Shown: one piece after another, positions 11,172 to 23,500 of the stretch | Layout: each line of letters opens with the position of its first letter | Numbering within the stretch: position 1 is the stretch's first letter | Assembly: GCA_032718475.1 (NCBI GenBank) | Contig: JAUCBJ010001946.1 | Coordinates: forward strand, 1-36,452 | From: Nemertoderma westbladi | Taxonomy: Eukaryota > Animalia > Xenacoelomorpha | Length of the DNA: 36,452 nt | Reading direction: 5' to 3' | Translations under genes and position numbers: made by a program | The notes under the pieces: generated by a model | Databases searched by the model: none | The model's input: only the letters and a program-made list of their open reading frames with translations | What the model was told of the DNA's origin: nothing

Positions 11172-11903
11172 CTGTAGTGCTCCCGAACCCCCCACGGCTA
11201 TAGTTCCTACCCTGTAGTGCTCCCGAACCCCCCACGGCTATAGTTCCTACCCTGTAGTGCTCCCGAACCCCCCACGGCTATAGTTCCTACCATGTAGTGC
11301 TCCCGAACCCCCCACGGCTATAGTTCCTACCATGTAGTGCTCCCGAACCGCCCACGGCTATAGTTCCTACCCTGTAGTGCTCCCGAACCCCCCACGGCTA
11401 TAGTTCCTACCCTGTAGTGCTCCCGAACCCCCCACGGCTATAGTTCCTACCCTGTAGTGCTCCCGAACCCCCCACGGCTATAGTTCCTACCATGTAGTGC
11501 TCCCGAACCCCCCACGGCTATAGTTCCTACCATGTAGTGCTCCCGAACCCCCCACGGCTATAGTTCCTACCATGTAGTGCTCCCGAACCCCCCACGGCTA
11601 TAGTTCCTACCCTGTAGTGCTCCCGAACCCCCCACGGCTATAGTTCCTACCCTGTAGTGCTCCCGAACCCCCCACGGCTATAGTTCCTACCCTGTAGTGC
11701 TCCCGAACCCCCACGGCTATAGTTCCTACCCTGTAGTGCTCCCGAACCCCCCACTGCTATAGTTCCTACCCTGTAGTGCTCCCGAACCCCCCACGGCTAT
11801 AGTCCCTACCCTGTAGTGCTCCCGAACCCCCCACGGCTATAGTCCCTACCCTGTAGTGCTCCCGAACCCCCCACGACTATAGTTCCTACCCTGTAGTGCT
11901 CCC
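11172..11903. repeat. 40-bp minisatellite, second array, 18 units
   Basis: Same unit as 6358-9010. 11175-11893 is 18 units, one lacking a C; the last four variant units match the first array. Confidence 0.97.
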
Positions 11904-14043
11904 AACATGGCCCGGAGTACTTCCCTGGACTTTCTTGCAGGGTATTGGGTTGAACAAAGGTCTTCTACTATTCGCAATTAACATTGGGACGCATATATCG
12001 CATATTTCTCCAAAGAATTCTATAATCACCTTCAATATTTTTAATATTTTTAGGGATAATATTATAATTATCACAATGTCCACAGCGGGTTTTTGTATCC
12101 TGTATATGGTAACTTATTAAGATCACGGGCCGTTTGATTATAACGCTCAGCATGGTTTCCCGCCCAGAAGCATGTTTTGTATCAGCAGGTCTCACTCACT
12201 ATATGGCTTGGTCGCAAAATGATGTGCGATGGATGGGACAAGGGAATGCAACGGATGCCCAAATATGATCTGGGTTGTTTGGGGGAGGGGGAGGATTGGG
12301 TGAGGGGGCATTGTATACTAAGAAGCAAATACCGGGGGATTCGGTTGAAAATTCGATAAAATTGGCTGCTAGACCTAGAATGATTGATCGTAATATAAAT
12401 ATAATATCTCTGAAGGAGGTAAATTCATTGTCAATAATTTCCATAATTGACATTTTGTTTAAATCTTCTACATTACAATCATACGTATGCAATGGCTCAG
12501 AGAGTCAGAGAGTAATGAATGCCTTGGATGGGAAGCCATGTATGTAATGCCATGACTCAGAGAACCTTATTCTACGAATACCATGCTCAGAGAGACACAT
12601 GCTTAGAATGTTATCAGCGTTCTGATGTATTTTGTAACATTATGTCAACTTATCAGTGTTCTGACGAATTACTCGTAACACTGCAAGGTACCACTTTGCA
12701 GCGTTGCTGCCTATAGGACGGAACGCTGCAAAGTAATCAATAACATAGAAACAACTTAAATTACCCTATTCCAGAATGAATTATTTCCATTTATATTAAT
12801 GAGAGATGCTTTATTATCCAGTTTGCAGTGACGGGTCTAAATATTATTGTATGTAAATAACAATTGTTTAAAGTGAACAGTATTCCATCATGTCAAAACG
12901 TCCAACAGAAGCCATTTAAGAGGGAAGCGTGCCTTCCATCAGTAAAACAAGGTACGATAATGAACCGAATATAAATGCCCAAACGATAATGATAATAATT
13001 CCTTTTCTTCACATACCGAACGCTGATAAGCTGACATAATGTAACAAAATTACATACATCATTGTGTGCAAAGGTCACTTTTCAACGTTAAACACCCATT
13101 GTTTATTTATGTAGACCTCCTTCGCTGCGCTCGCTCGGTACATAAATAAACTCGGGTCATAACGCTGCAAAGTGCTACTTTGCACACAATGATGTAAATA
13201 GTTATTGTATTTTAATGCAAGATTATTAAGACATGGAAATATTATTCAAACATTACTGTTTTGTTTTAGCTGATTTGTGTTAAAAACAATTCATTACAAA
13301 AAATATTAAAACTAGTGATTTTAAAGCTGGTGATTTCTATGGTAAAAATTTGATGGGGGTGTCGACAGGGCGTGATTTCTATGGTAAAAATTTGATGGTG
13401 GTGTCGACAGGGCGAAGTAGTACAATCAGAATCATAAAATAATTTAAAAAATAATTTAAATAAATGTTGTAGACAAAATATTGTTCTAGAACAAAATTAA
13501 TTTTTAATTATAATATCTATAATGAGGCACAGTTTCAAATAAACACTGACAAAAACTAGAATTAAAAATATTTTTCTAGTTCAAAGTAATGTTCCAGAAC
13601 AAAATTTATTTTAAATAAAATAGCTAACATGTAAAATTACACCATCGCCCTAAAAAACAACAACAGTTTTTATCAGGTCGGAGTACCCCCCCCCCCCCCC
13701 CCCCCCTAATTTTTGTCAAATTTTAATCAAATGACGAAATTTGGTATGATGATAGTTCGACAACTTTTCTTACTACTGCAGAGCCGGACTTTTCTACTTT
13801 CAAATTATTAAGCTACAGCAAGCCGTTAAAAAGTGCCAATGTAGCAATATTTAAACATCACTAAATATTGGCTTTATTTTTCATCTTTTGAATGTAATCT
13901 ACATATTAACTGCCTTCACCTGCAGATTCCCAATCTGAAAACCGTTTTAAATTTCACCAAAAATTGCCAAAGATATTATCAAAATACTTAGGTGTACATT
14001 TTTAGATAAATAGATTTACCTCCCTCCTCTTTAATGGGTGAGC
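11904..14043 (+). repeat. Copy 2 of the non-array part of the tandem duplication
   Basis: Near-identical to 9011-11152; identity ends after TAATGGGTGAGC. Confidence 0.96.
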
Positions 14044-14872
14044 CAGAATTGTTATTTTCGCATTCAATCTTTAGCACATTGGTTGGATATTGCACCAGCG
14101 TACTCCAGTTATTCTCCAACCTTATATTGATTTATTGGTAGCTGACCATTGAAAGGTGACCATGCCATGCAAGGATTCCAAATATGTAAAAATAATATTT
14201 GAATTTGGTTGGGAAATAGTTGAGATTTGGGCATTCGAATGCTGTTGCTTCCGCCCCGGCTGTCTCGCGCGTCTCGACGCGCTTTCTCATTTTTTCCATT
14301 TCTGAACAACTTATTACAATAAAATTCCAGAATATTGTGTATCGAATAATTATGTATTATAGAATAAACGGCCCGCAGCGGAAGCAAATGCAACTTTCGA
14401 ATGCCCATATCTCAGCTTTTTTCTAACCAAATTCAAATATTTTCACATATTTGGAATCCTTGCACAACCAGCTTTCAATAGCTACCAACAAATAAATAAA
14501 ACGTTGAAGAATAACTGCAGTACGAATGTACTGGTGCAATATCGCTGGAGACACGTTTTTAAAACGCTTGTAGCTAAAGAATGAAAGCGAACATAAAAAT
14601 TCTGACTCACCCATCAAGGAGTAGGGAGATGAAACTATCTCTGTTTCAAATTTCATGCAATCTCATTAAGATTTGTATAAAAATTTGGCGGGGTTCATTT
14701 CTCTGAATTACAATAATATTGTCCAGTACATTATTAATGAATTAATGCAGTATGAAGCAGAAGTGTCACTTATTCTTCTCACATATTCTGGGTTGCAATG
14801 TAATAGATTGCGCAATATAAAGTAACAGGTACAAAATAACTTATATATATAATAATTATAATTGGTAGAACA

Positions 14873-17041
14873 ATGGAAGATAGTGGAGACAATGAGGGTG
14901 AGAGCAGTGGAACCATTATTACAGAAACAGATATAATTAATGATATAGAAAAAAGTGCACGTATAAAAAGAGAAGACCAAGAATTAGTAAGTGTATATGC
15001 AGACGCGGAGGAGTTTAGTGAAGGAAGAAATAGGGAAATATATAGTCCTTGTATGGGTGATGACATGGTTCTTACATCAAGAAGGCTCACCATACATTCC
15101 GAATTTGACACCAAAAGAAGCGACACAAAAGAGGATCTTAAAATGTACTTTTTGTCAAATTCCAAAGAGGAATACGACCAATGGCAAAAATGGCACCCAA
15201 ATCGTCAGACAACAGAATGGGATAACAAGTTCCATTTTTTACTTGCTATTACAGGCTATGTTGTGGGCTTCGGTGCCATCTGGCGCTCTCCTATCATGAT
15301 TATGAAAAATGGAGGGATTCTGTTCATGTTGCCCTACACCGTGTGTTGTTTAGCCTTGGTATTACCGGCAATGCAGTTGGAGATGTTATTGGGGCAATTG
15401 ACATTAGAGGGTCCATGGAAAATGTACCATACAATAAACCCCTACTTGGCTGGTATTGGGGTAGCACAGATTATCAATTGTTTTTTACAAGCTATTTCTC
15501 ACAACACTGAACTTGCATACTGTGTCATGTACTTTTTCATGTCTTTTAGCTACAGGATACCATGGCAAAGATGCCCTTCTCTAAAAGAAATCGAAATAGA
15601 TGGTGGGAGAAAGAGAGGGACACACTTTATACCAGAATGCAATCCTTTTCAACCTTCAAATTACTTCTTCTACAACAGAACACTGCAACAAGCTACAGAT
15701 ATGGATGCCGAAATCAAATTAAATGGTAAAGTAGCATGCATCTTATTTGCAACATGGTTATTGATATTTTTATTCCTAAGGAATGGCATTAAGACGTATA
15801 GAAAAATAGTGTATATATCAACATTATTTCCTTATTTGGCGATGATTATATTCCTATTCCGTCTATTTCCAAATAAAGATGCGCGGAAGGGTATGACTTT
15901 GTTTTTTACTCCTGATTTGGAACATGTGAATTGGTGGAACATGTGGTTAGAAGCCTCCAAACTAGCTATTAGCGCATTCTCTATACACTCCGGCTTCCTA
16001 TGTTTAATGGGCTCAAAAACAAAACGAACAAATAACTTCAAATGGGATGTCCTTGTCCTAATTAGCGTAAACATAATTAGCCAGATAGTCGGCGGTATTA
16101 TAGCATTTGGAATAATAGGAGAGTGGTTCTACAGTTTTGCAGATAAGAATCCAGGTGCGAATCAGTTGAATCCAAACTTCATGACAGATCGAACAACTTT
16201 TTCATCCGATTTTGAAAAACACGCTCTAATTGATTCTCTATCAGAAGGTCCAAGATTTGCTTTTGTTTTCTTGGCTGATAATATTCTACATATTTCTCCA
16301 AAAACATCCCATTTCTGGTGTGGTCTTCTATACTTGATGATGGTTGCCATGGGCATCAACGTTATGATAGGTTATATTCGCGTTGTCATCAGCACAGTTG
16401 ACAGTTATATTTGGTTTCGGAGGATATCGGAACCGCTTATGGTAGCGACTATTTGTGTTCTAGGGTTTTGTCTTAATTTGGTATTCGCGTTGAATATCGG
16501 ACCAATGATACAAGAAATGTACAACACATACATCAAGGATATTAACCAATTAATCATTGGCTGCATCACACTGAGTACCTTGGTCTATGGGATGGGATTG
16601 AAACGCATATCAATAGAGCATGAAACACTGATTGGATCAAAGCCAAGCATATTCATTATTTTTGCTTTGAAATTTTCCTCTCAGTTGTTGTACTTGCTTT
16701 GCGTTATTTATCTACTTAGGAATGTAAATGCTGTTGGATTCCAGTATAAAGTGGCATATCGTAATCCTAATCGTACTCTCCTACGACAATATTCACAAAC
16801 GGAAATTCTCCAACAACCACATCCGACTCGGTTTATAATCATCGGGATATTTTTGGTAATCTTCAACCTCATATGGATCCCGCTGTTAGCTCTACTCGAA
16901 TACTTTGGTTATCAACATATAATTCCTATGAGTAGACCTAAATATCTGCCACGAAAGAAATTACGTGAATACTATAATCTTAAGGAAGAAACCATTTTCA
17001 AGGAACTAGAAAAACGTTGTTTTTGTCTTAAACATGATTAA
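14873..17041 (+). CDS. Divergent, single-exon SLC6 (sodium:neurotransmitter symporter) family protein, 722 aa
   Basis: WDNKFHFLLAITGYVVGFGAIWRSP...KNGGILFMLPY aligns with the SNF signature; also LEMLLGQ, IPWQRC...C in extracellular loop 2, EGPRFAFV and about 12 hydrophobic segments. AATAAA at ~17204 and ~17213. Confidence 0.9.
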   Translation: MEDSGDNEGESSGTIITETDIINDIEKSARIKREDQELVSVYADAEEFSEGRNREIYSPCMGDDMVLTSRRLTIHSEFDTKRSDTKEDLKMYFLSNSKEEYDQWQKWHPNRQTTEWDNKFHFLLAITGYVVGFGAIWRSPIMIMKNGGILFMLPYTVCCLALVLPAMQLEMLLGQLTLEGPWKMYHTINPYLAGIGVAQIINCFLQAISHNTELAYCVMYFFMSFSYRIPWQRCPSLKEIEIDGGRKRGTHFIPECNPFQPSNYFFYNRTLQQATDMDAEIKLNGKVACILFATWLLIFLFLRNGIKTYRKIVYISTLFPYLAMIIFLFRLFPNKDARKGMTLFFTPDLEHVNWWNMWLEASKLAISAFSIHSGFLCLMGSKTKRTNNFKWDVLVLISVNIISQIVGGIIAFGIIGEWFYSFADKNPGANQLNPNFMTDRTTFSSDFEKHALIDSLSEGPRFAFVFLADNILHISPKTSHFWCGLLYLMMVAMGINVMIGYIRVVISTVDSYIWFRRISEPLMVATICVLGFCLNLVFALNIGPMIQEMYNTYIKDINQLIIGCITLSTLVYGMGLKRISIEHETLIGSKPSIFIIFALKFSSQLLYLLCVIYLLRNVNAVGFQYKVAYRNPNRTLLRQYSQTEILQQPHPTRFIIIGIFLVIFNLIWIPLLALLEYFGYQHIIPMSRPKYLPRKKLREYYNLKEETIFKELEKRCFCLKHD

Positions 17042-17604
17042 AGCCTGATCATCTCACGAATAGTACAAGTCGATTTTACCATACCTTATAGATCAAGGCG
17101 AATAGTAAATTATTTGTTTGGTTGCTTTGTAGCATTCTGAATATTATTACTATCATTATTATAATTTGTTCGAATATTCTAACTATATAAAAATAATTTA
17201 ATTAATAAACCCAATAAAGTGAATATATATCCAATAATTATGGTGAGATTTATAACTCTGACAGTTGCAGTATGTTATAACTATATACATCATTGTGTGA
17301 AAAGTTTTCAGCGTTTTCAGTGTATTTTATAGAATTGAAAAATAATTTGACCAACCTTTTTCTTGTGAAAATGGTTCTACAGTAAGATGGTTTTGACTTA
17401 CAACTTACGACATACGACTTACCAGAGGAGCGAGCATGGGCCTAAAGACGTTTGTTTCTAATAAGAGATTGATTTACTTGAGAGCGTTAATATGATATCA
17501 CCATAGAGTGGATAAGTTGACACATGGAATGCTATACAGAGACGGAACCACATTAGTGTGCTACCCCTGAGACCACTCAGATTATTTACTATGTCGTAGA
17601 TATG

Positions 17605-18281
17605 GGCACTACTACAGTATGTGTACCCATGACCGGGATTTTTTTGTAGTAGCTAGTTTTTGCTACTTTATTGTTTTTTAATGTTCTATGTAATATTAGC
17701 TATAGTTTTGCAAAAAAAATGTTCTAGAACAAATCTTTATTGTTCTAGAACATTTTTTTAGAAATTTATAATTCCTAATAATACACCTTAAAATGTTAAT
17801 CTGTTGCCTTTAAATACTTCAAAATATTATTCTAGAATGTTTTTTAATGTTTACAGTAGTAGGTTCACTTTAACATTAAAAAAAATGCCACGTCACGAAA
17901 ACAAAAAGTGCTCTAAAGATCCAAATATTATTGAGATTTCCAAAGAATAGTATAAAAGAAAAGTTTATAATTATGAAAAAACATTTTTTTTTTAATAATA
18001 GCTAACTTTGAAAATCACTAGCTAGCCTGATAATATGTATTTTTTAATGTTTATAGATAAATCAACAATTTATTACACATAATAATAAAAATTTTTATAA
18101 ATTTTTTTTTATATAAAAATGTTCTAGAACAAAAAATATTTGTTCTAGAACATAATATTTTTACCTACCAATAGCAAACATGAAATAGAATAGTTCTAAA
18201 AAAAATGTAGCAAAAACTAGCTATAGTAAAAAAAAATTATGGTCATGGGTACAAATACTGTACTGTAGGCCTAGTAGTGCC
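17605..18281. mobile_element. MITE with GG-ended TIRs and 9-bp TSD (Merlin- or Mutator-type)
   Basis: TIR GGCACTACTA...TAGTAGTGCC, extending as TACAGTAT(G/T)TGTACCCATGACC; TSD GTAGATATG at 17596-17604 and 18282-18290; no ORF. Confidence 0.85.
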
Positions 18282-18542
18282 GTAGATATGAGTAAGTAAT
18301 GTTGATGTATGAAATAAAATATGGGGGTCATCGTACCACGGCCTACTATATATATAGGCCATGATCGTACTCGTTCAAGAGATATTCACGTTTCCATGGC
18401 AACCAATTTTTGTTTTGGACGATATACTGCTGTTTAATCATTGCTTATAATAATTGTCGAACAATAGTTTTAAATAAATATATTCCTATTTTACACTTGG
18501 TAACCATGGAAACGGCGATTATTTATTTATCTATATTATTAA

Positions 18543-19470
18543 CTAGAAAGCACGAGGGCTTCGGCCACTGCTTCGCGGTCAGGCGTGCTTTCCCGCACAA
18601 GTGAGCTGCTTTCCCTACTTTTTAAAAGTATATCAATGGCCATGAAATGGGCTCTTTATTTAGCAACATCATCAACTTTAGCACCATATAAAATAATAAT
18701 AGCGTTGTTTAGAATTGCAGTTTCTCTTGGCTCGGCCTCATTGTGACCACCCCCCCCCCCCCCCCCCCCCCCCCGTAGAGACTGTCGTTGTTTAGAAATG
18801 CAGTTTCACTTGGCTCGGCCTCATTGAGACCGCCCCCCCTCCCCCTGTAGAGACTGTCGTTGTTTAGAATTGCAGTTTCTCTTGGCTCGGCCTCACTGTG
18901 ACCCCCCTGTATAGTTTGTTAATAGTCAACGAAGGCCGAGTGTACGGGAAACTGTAGCAAATACCACTTCAGTGGGAAATTTCCATCTTTGGTGGTAAGT
19001 TCAACCCTGGGAATGAGGATCACGTCTCCGGCTTGTTTTCCTGCACAGTAAAAACGCAATAATTGCAGTAACTTATTGAAATATATAATGCATTTATTTT
19101 AATAAGTGTAAATGTACAATGTATTTACAATAACCTAAAATAAGGGACATTAATAAGTGAACGAAAAGAGCAGAGTGGGAAGATAACTTCAGAGAAGGAA
19201 GAATAATATTATATTTGTTATATTGATTGAAACTTACCACTGGCATCTGGTAATAGTGCATTGTAGTAGGCGACCGCAGACATTCTCCAGAATGAGGCGG
19301 GTCTCATTGCACAGGCCTTGACAGGAGTTCAAATTTTTCACATTTTCATCCATCTTCATTTCACTAAGCAATGTCTCAATATCAATATATTCAATATCAA
19401 TGTCTCCACTAATTAACTTTTCTATGTAAGAGAAACTAGGTACATTTGGAAATACCTTCAACACCTCCCG
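18543..19470 (-). mobile_element. Helitron 3' remnant with degenerate PIF1-like helicase fragments
   Basis: Minus-strand translations NLNSCQGLCNETRLIL (cf. NLNxxxGLCNGTRL) and GDVILIPRVEL...QFPVHSAF/TINK (cf. IPRI...QFPVRLAFAMTINK). Ends in a GC-rich hairpin region, then CTAG followed by T at 18543. Confidence 0.78.
18703..18910. repeat. Three ~65-85 bp tandem units with variable poly-C, inside the Helitron remnant
   Basis: CGTTGTTTAGAA(T/A)TGCAGTTTC(T/A)CTTGGCTCGGCCTCA...(C)n-GTA occurs three times. Confidence 0.85.
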
Positions 19471-20207
19471 GTAAGCTTGTTTGCTCTTTAGGCGCAGAAT
19501 AACATAAATTCTTACTATTCTTGTCGGGTATACTGGGAACTATGGGTACCCACTTTTTGAACAATTATTTGAACATGTCAATGGCTATTATCATGAGATA
19601 TGTTGTTTTAGAACATAAATTGTATCTTCTGAGAGACGTTAGCAATTGATTTTTTTTGGTAGCTACTGTTTTTAAGATTACAAAACCAAAATTTTTGGAG
19701 CCTACTTTTTATCAATTCTTGCACCATGTCAATGATATTATCATGATGTTTTTTGTTCTAGAACGTAAATTCACCTTCTGAGGGAGTTAGCAATAATTTT
19801 TTTATTATGGTACCTAGTGTTTTTAAAGGTAGCTAGTGATCTTAAAATTACAAAAGAAATTTTGTAGTGCCCTCATTTATTTACTCAATTTCCATATAGT
19901 CAAGATATTCTAGAAACCGGTAATAAAAAGATAAATAAATCTATAAATTTTTGGATGCTCTGGAAATGATGAAGAATTATTATTAAACACGTATAAACTA
20001 GTCCTACGGTAGTGTTAAGCAACGGTAGTGTTCTGACTGAGTATAATTAAAAATGATATAATTTACATTTATAGGGGCCTGCTAATAATTATAAATATAT
20101 ATTTCTGAATAGTAAAAACTGTATTCAGCAACCTATATTTTGTATAAAAAGCTAGCTAATAAATAAGTAGGCCTACCGCTACTAGCTACTTTGACTATCT
20201 AATAAAA

Positions 20208-20488
20208 CTACTACTACTACTACTACTACTACTAGGATCGGCATGCTGCATTGCAGCTGCATTTTTAAGAATGCTGTGCCAGCTTGTCGACAAAATTGCG
20301 CCGCCACAACTCCCTATCCCCCATCATATTTGCTAGATCATCCGCATCTTCAAGGCCAGTGTCCTTTAAGATGCGTCTCAAGAAAGTCATGGGTTGTGCA
20401 CCATGCTTAATCACTCCATGAGGCCGCACACTGGCTGGTCCACTGGCTGGTCCTCACGGCGAAAGCAATAATGTCCAGCAAAGCTGAT
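20208..20488 (-). mobile_element. 5'-truncated RTE-like LINE fragment
   Basis: (TAG)n tail on the minus strand; TSD TATCTAATAAAA at 20196-20207 and 20489-20500; similar to 33417-33780. Confidence 0.75.
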
Positions 20489-20578
20489 TATCTAATAAAA
20501 ATTACTAGCTATAGAAAGTCTCTTAAATTATTCCAGACAAATATAATTGAGGAGTAAAGTATATTTTTACATTTTTTA

Positions 20579-23500
20579 CTACTACTAGGTCGAGCGAACT
20601 TGGACAGTGGAAATGAGATCCTTCCAGGCTTCCCGATTCTCCATAGTTGTCGCAATTTCGTTTCTCCCAAGTTCAGTATCCCTTTCAAGTTGATCTATAT
20701 ATGTTATGGCAGGTCGTCCACGACTACGCTTTCCATGAGTTGGTTGCCAGAGAAGTAGATCTGGTATGACCTCGTCTTTACTTCGCCAGCAGTGCCCACT
20801 GAATCTTAATCTGCGTTCACGGAGGGTGGTTGATACAGGTGGTATTGTACCATAAAGCTCGGCGTTTGTCATGTGTTGTCTCCAGCTGATGTTTAGGGCT
20901 GCCCTTAGTAGTCTTGTGTAGCAACCATCAATTCGTTGTTCAAGTGATTTAGTCAGTGTCCAGGTCTCACCCCCGTATAAAAATACACTTTCCACTGTGG
21001 TTCGAAAGAACTTGGTCTTCAGGTGCCTGGAGAGATCTGATTTCCAGATGGTATCCATTTTTGATAGAGCTACCCAAGCCTTTGCTTTCCTAACTTCTAT
21101 GTCCTCTTTGCTACTCTCTATCCATGATCCAAGGTACTGGAAGTCATCGACCTTCCTTTTTTTGATTATTATCAATGGTTGTCAAGTTTCCATCAACATT
21201 AAAGGTCATGAATTCGGTCTTGGTAGCATTTATATGCAATCCAACCTCCTTAGCAGCCCTCTCCACTTTATTTAGTAGAAGCTGTGCATCTGCTAGCGTA
21301 TTAGAGAGCAGAGCGATGTCATCCGCAAAGTCGGTGTCTGTGACTGTAGTTGCCGGATATCTACTACTTCTGCGTTCTTGAAGTGTGAATCCCAGATCTT
21401 CACCCTTTGTGGTCGTCCTCATTGCGTAATCCAGCACAATTACAAATAGTAATGGTGCTAATGTGTCACCTTGCAGTACGCCAGCCAGGATTGAGAAAAA
21501 CTCAGTTTCACCATCTGGTGAGAGTACCTGCGCTTCTGTGTCACAATATAGCAATCCAATGCCAGCAGCAATTACTTCTGGTATTCCATAAGCTCTTAGG
21601 ATTTCAAGCATTTTACCTCTATGGATGGAGTCGAATGCCTTCTTGAAGTCCACAAAAGTCATGACTGCGGGGAGATTCTTTGACTTAATTCCTTCAATCA
21701 GTCTCCGTAGTGCAAGTATCTGAGCTATTGTTGATCTACTTGGTCGAAATCCGTTTTGGCTCTTACGCAGTAGTTTCTCTATGTGAGGCCTAATCCTATA
21801 TAGAATCATTTTATTGTATATTTTGGCAGCTACCACAAGCAGACAGATCCCACGATAGTTTGTTGGTATGCCGAGGTCTCCTTTCTTGGGGAGAGGCTTT
21901 AGTTGACCTTTAGTCCAAATTGGTGGTGGCTTTTCCCCTTTTAACATCCGGTTGCAAACATTCAATAATGGTCTATTTAGCACTCCGGTTTTCCATACCT
22001 CCGCTGGGATTTCATCTAATCCACTCGCTTTATTGTTGGACATGCTTTTAATGCTTCTTTGGAGTTCGGCAGGTGTGAAGTCCCCTGTTTCTATAGGTAG
22101 TGTCTTGTCATATATTTTCCTTGTAGGGCTGACCTCGATGTTTGGTGGCTGCCGAAGCAAGTTGCTGAAGTGATTTTTCACTTCCCCACACGTTCTTCAG
22201 GACTATCGGCTTTGAGGCGCCCCTTTGCACAACTTTTCCGACCAGATACCTCATTTACAGTTTGCCAGGTAAGTCTTGATTGTTGCTGTATGTGAGCAGT
22301 TGTAATTGCTTCAGTTTTATCCTGTATGTACTTTTCCTGGCTGATGTTGTAGGCCAATTTAAGATCGTCCTTAGCTTTCTCAACCTTGTTAACGTTTTCG
22401 GATGTTGGTTGTTCGGTTTTAACTTTGTAGGCTATCTTAAGATCTTCTCTCTTACAAGTAACCTCAGAGTTTTGCCATGGCACATACTGTTTTCGTTTAG
22501 GTTTCTGGGGGATATGCCTCTTTGCTGATTCCTTGTGGGCTGTTATTATATTCTGGTATATTGAATCGGTGGATTGGTCTTCATCCATTGACTGAAGTGC
22601 TTCAAAGCGGTTTTGAACTTCTACTGTATAAGCATCCTTTACAGCATTGTCAGTTCTGAGTTTCTCCCAGTCATAGTTGATTTGCTTGCTTGTCCTGGGT
22701 TTGCTGGCTCTCAAACTGAGTCTGATCTCTGCAGTCACAATTCTGTGGTCCGAACCAATTAGGTTGAACGAGCTGTATGCCTCGCAGTTGATCATGCTAT
22801 TTCTCCACTTTTTGTTTATAAGGATGTAATCCAGTTGTGCTTTGGTTCCATTAGGGTATTGAAAGGTCCATAGGTTCCCCTTACTCTTTTCGAATGTGTT
22901 GTTTGTTGGTATCAATTCACATTCTTCCATTAGGTCTAAGAGTAAGTACCCATTTCTGTTAGAACTGGTGTTATAGGTGTAACCCTTGATGTCTTCTGGG
23001 CCAATTTGCGCATTCAGGTCACCAGCAATGACTTTAACATTGTGTTTCGGGATGTCCTTAATAAGTCCAGTCAGTTCTTCATAAAACTTGACTGCTTGTT
23101 CTGGCTCTGATGCATTGGTTGGACTGTAGCAACATATAACTGTTGTCTTGGGATTCCCATCAAATGTTGCGATCATAACCCTGGAATTTATAGATTCGAT
23201 GTTGTTTAGGGTCTTAAGTGCAAATGGGCTTAGCAGAATTCCTACTCCACCAATTGATGCATTGGCCGAGTTTCTTACTGCTGAGCTTGTTACTAACGTC
23301 CATCCATTTCCAATGTCATTGTACTTCATGGCAGTGTCTTCATGACAAATCCGATGTTCTTGGATGCAGATGATGTCGATGTTATATTCCATTGCCAGAG
23401 CGACCATGTCACCCTGTTTGCTCTGTGCTTTCAGCGTGCGTGCGTTCATTGTAGCAATCTTTAGTGTCTTTTTACATTTCAACAGGTTGGTTCTTCTTTC

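Noticed and set aside
6358-11903. 40-bp arrays next to an RT gene as a CRISPR-like or RT-associated array system
   Set aside because: Units are contiguous with no unique spacers, there are no cas genes, and the RT is a disrupted ordinary eukaryotic LINE with its own 3' tail.
8993-13078. Short ORFs (60-97 aa) occurring twice
   Set aside because: They recur only because of the duplication, overlap on both strands and show no recognisable motifs.
14708-14730. ORF ending YWTILL, the same as the Gypsy ORF end (23-nt similarity to the LTR)
   Set aside because: Four mismatches in a short AT-rich stretch with no extension on either side; most likely chance.
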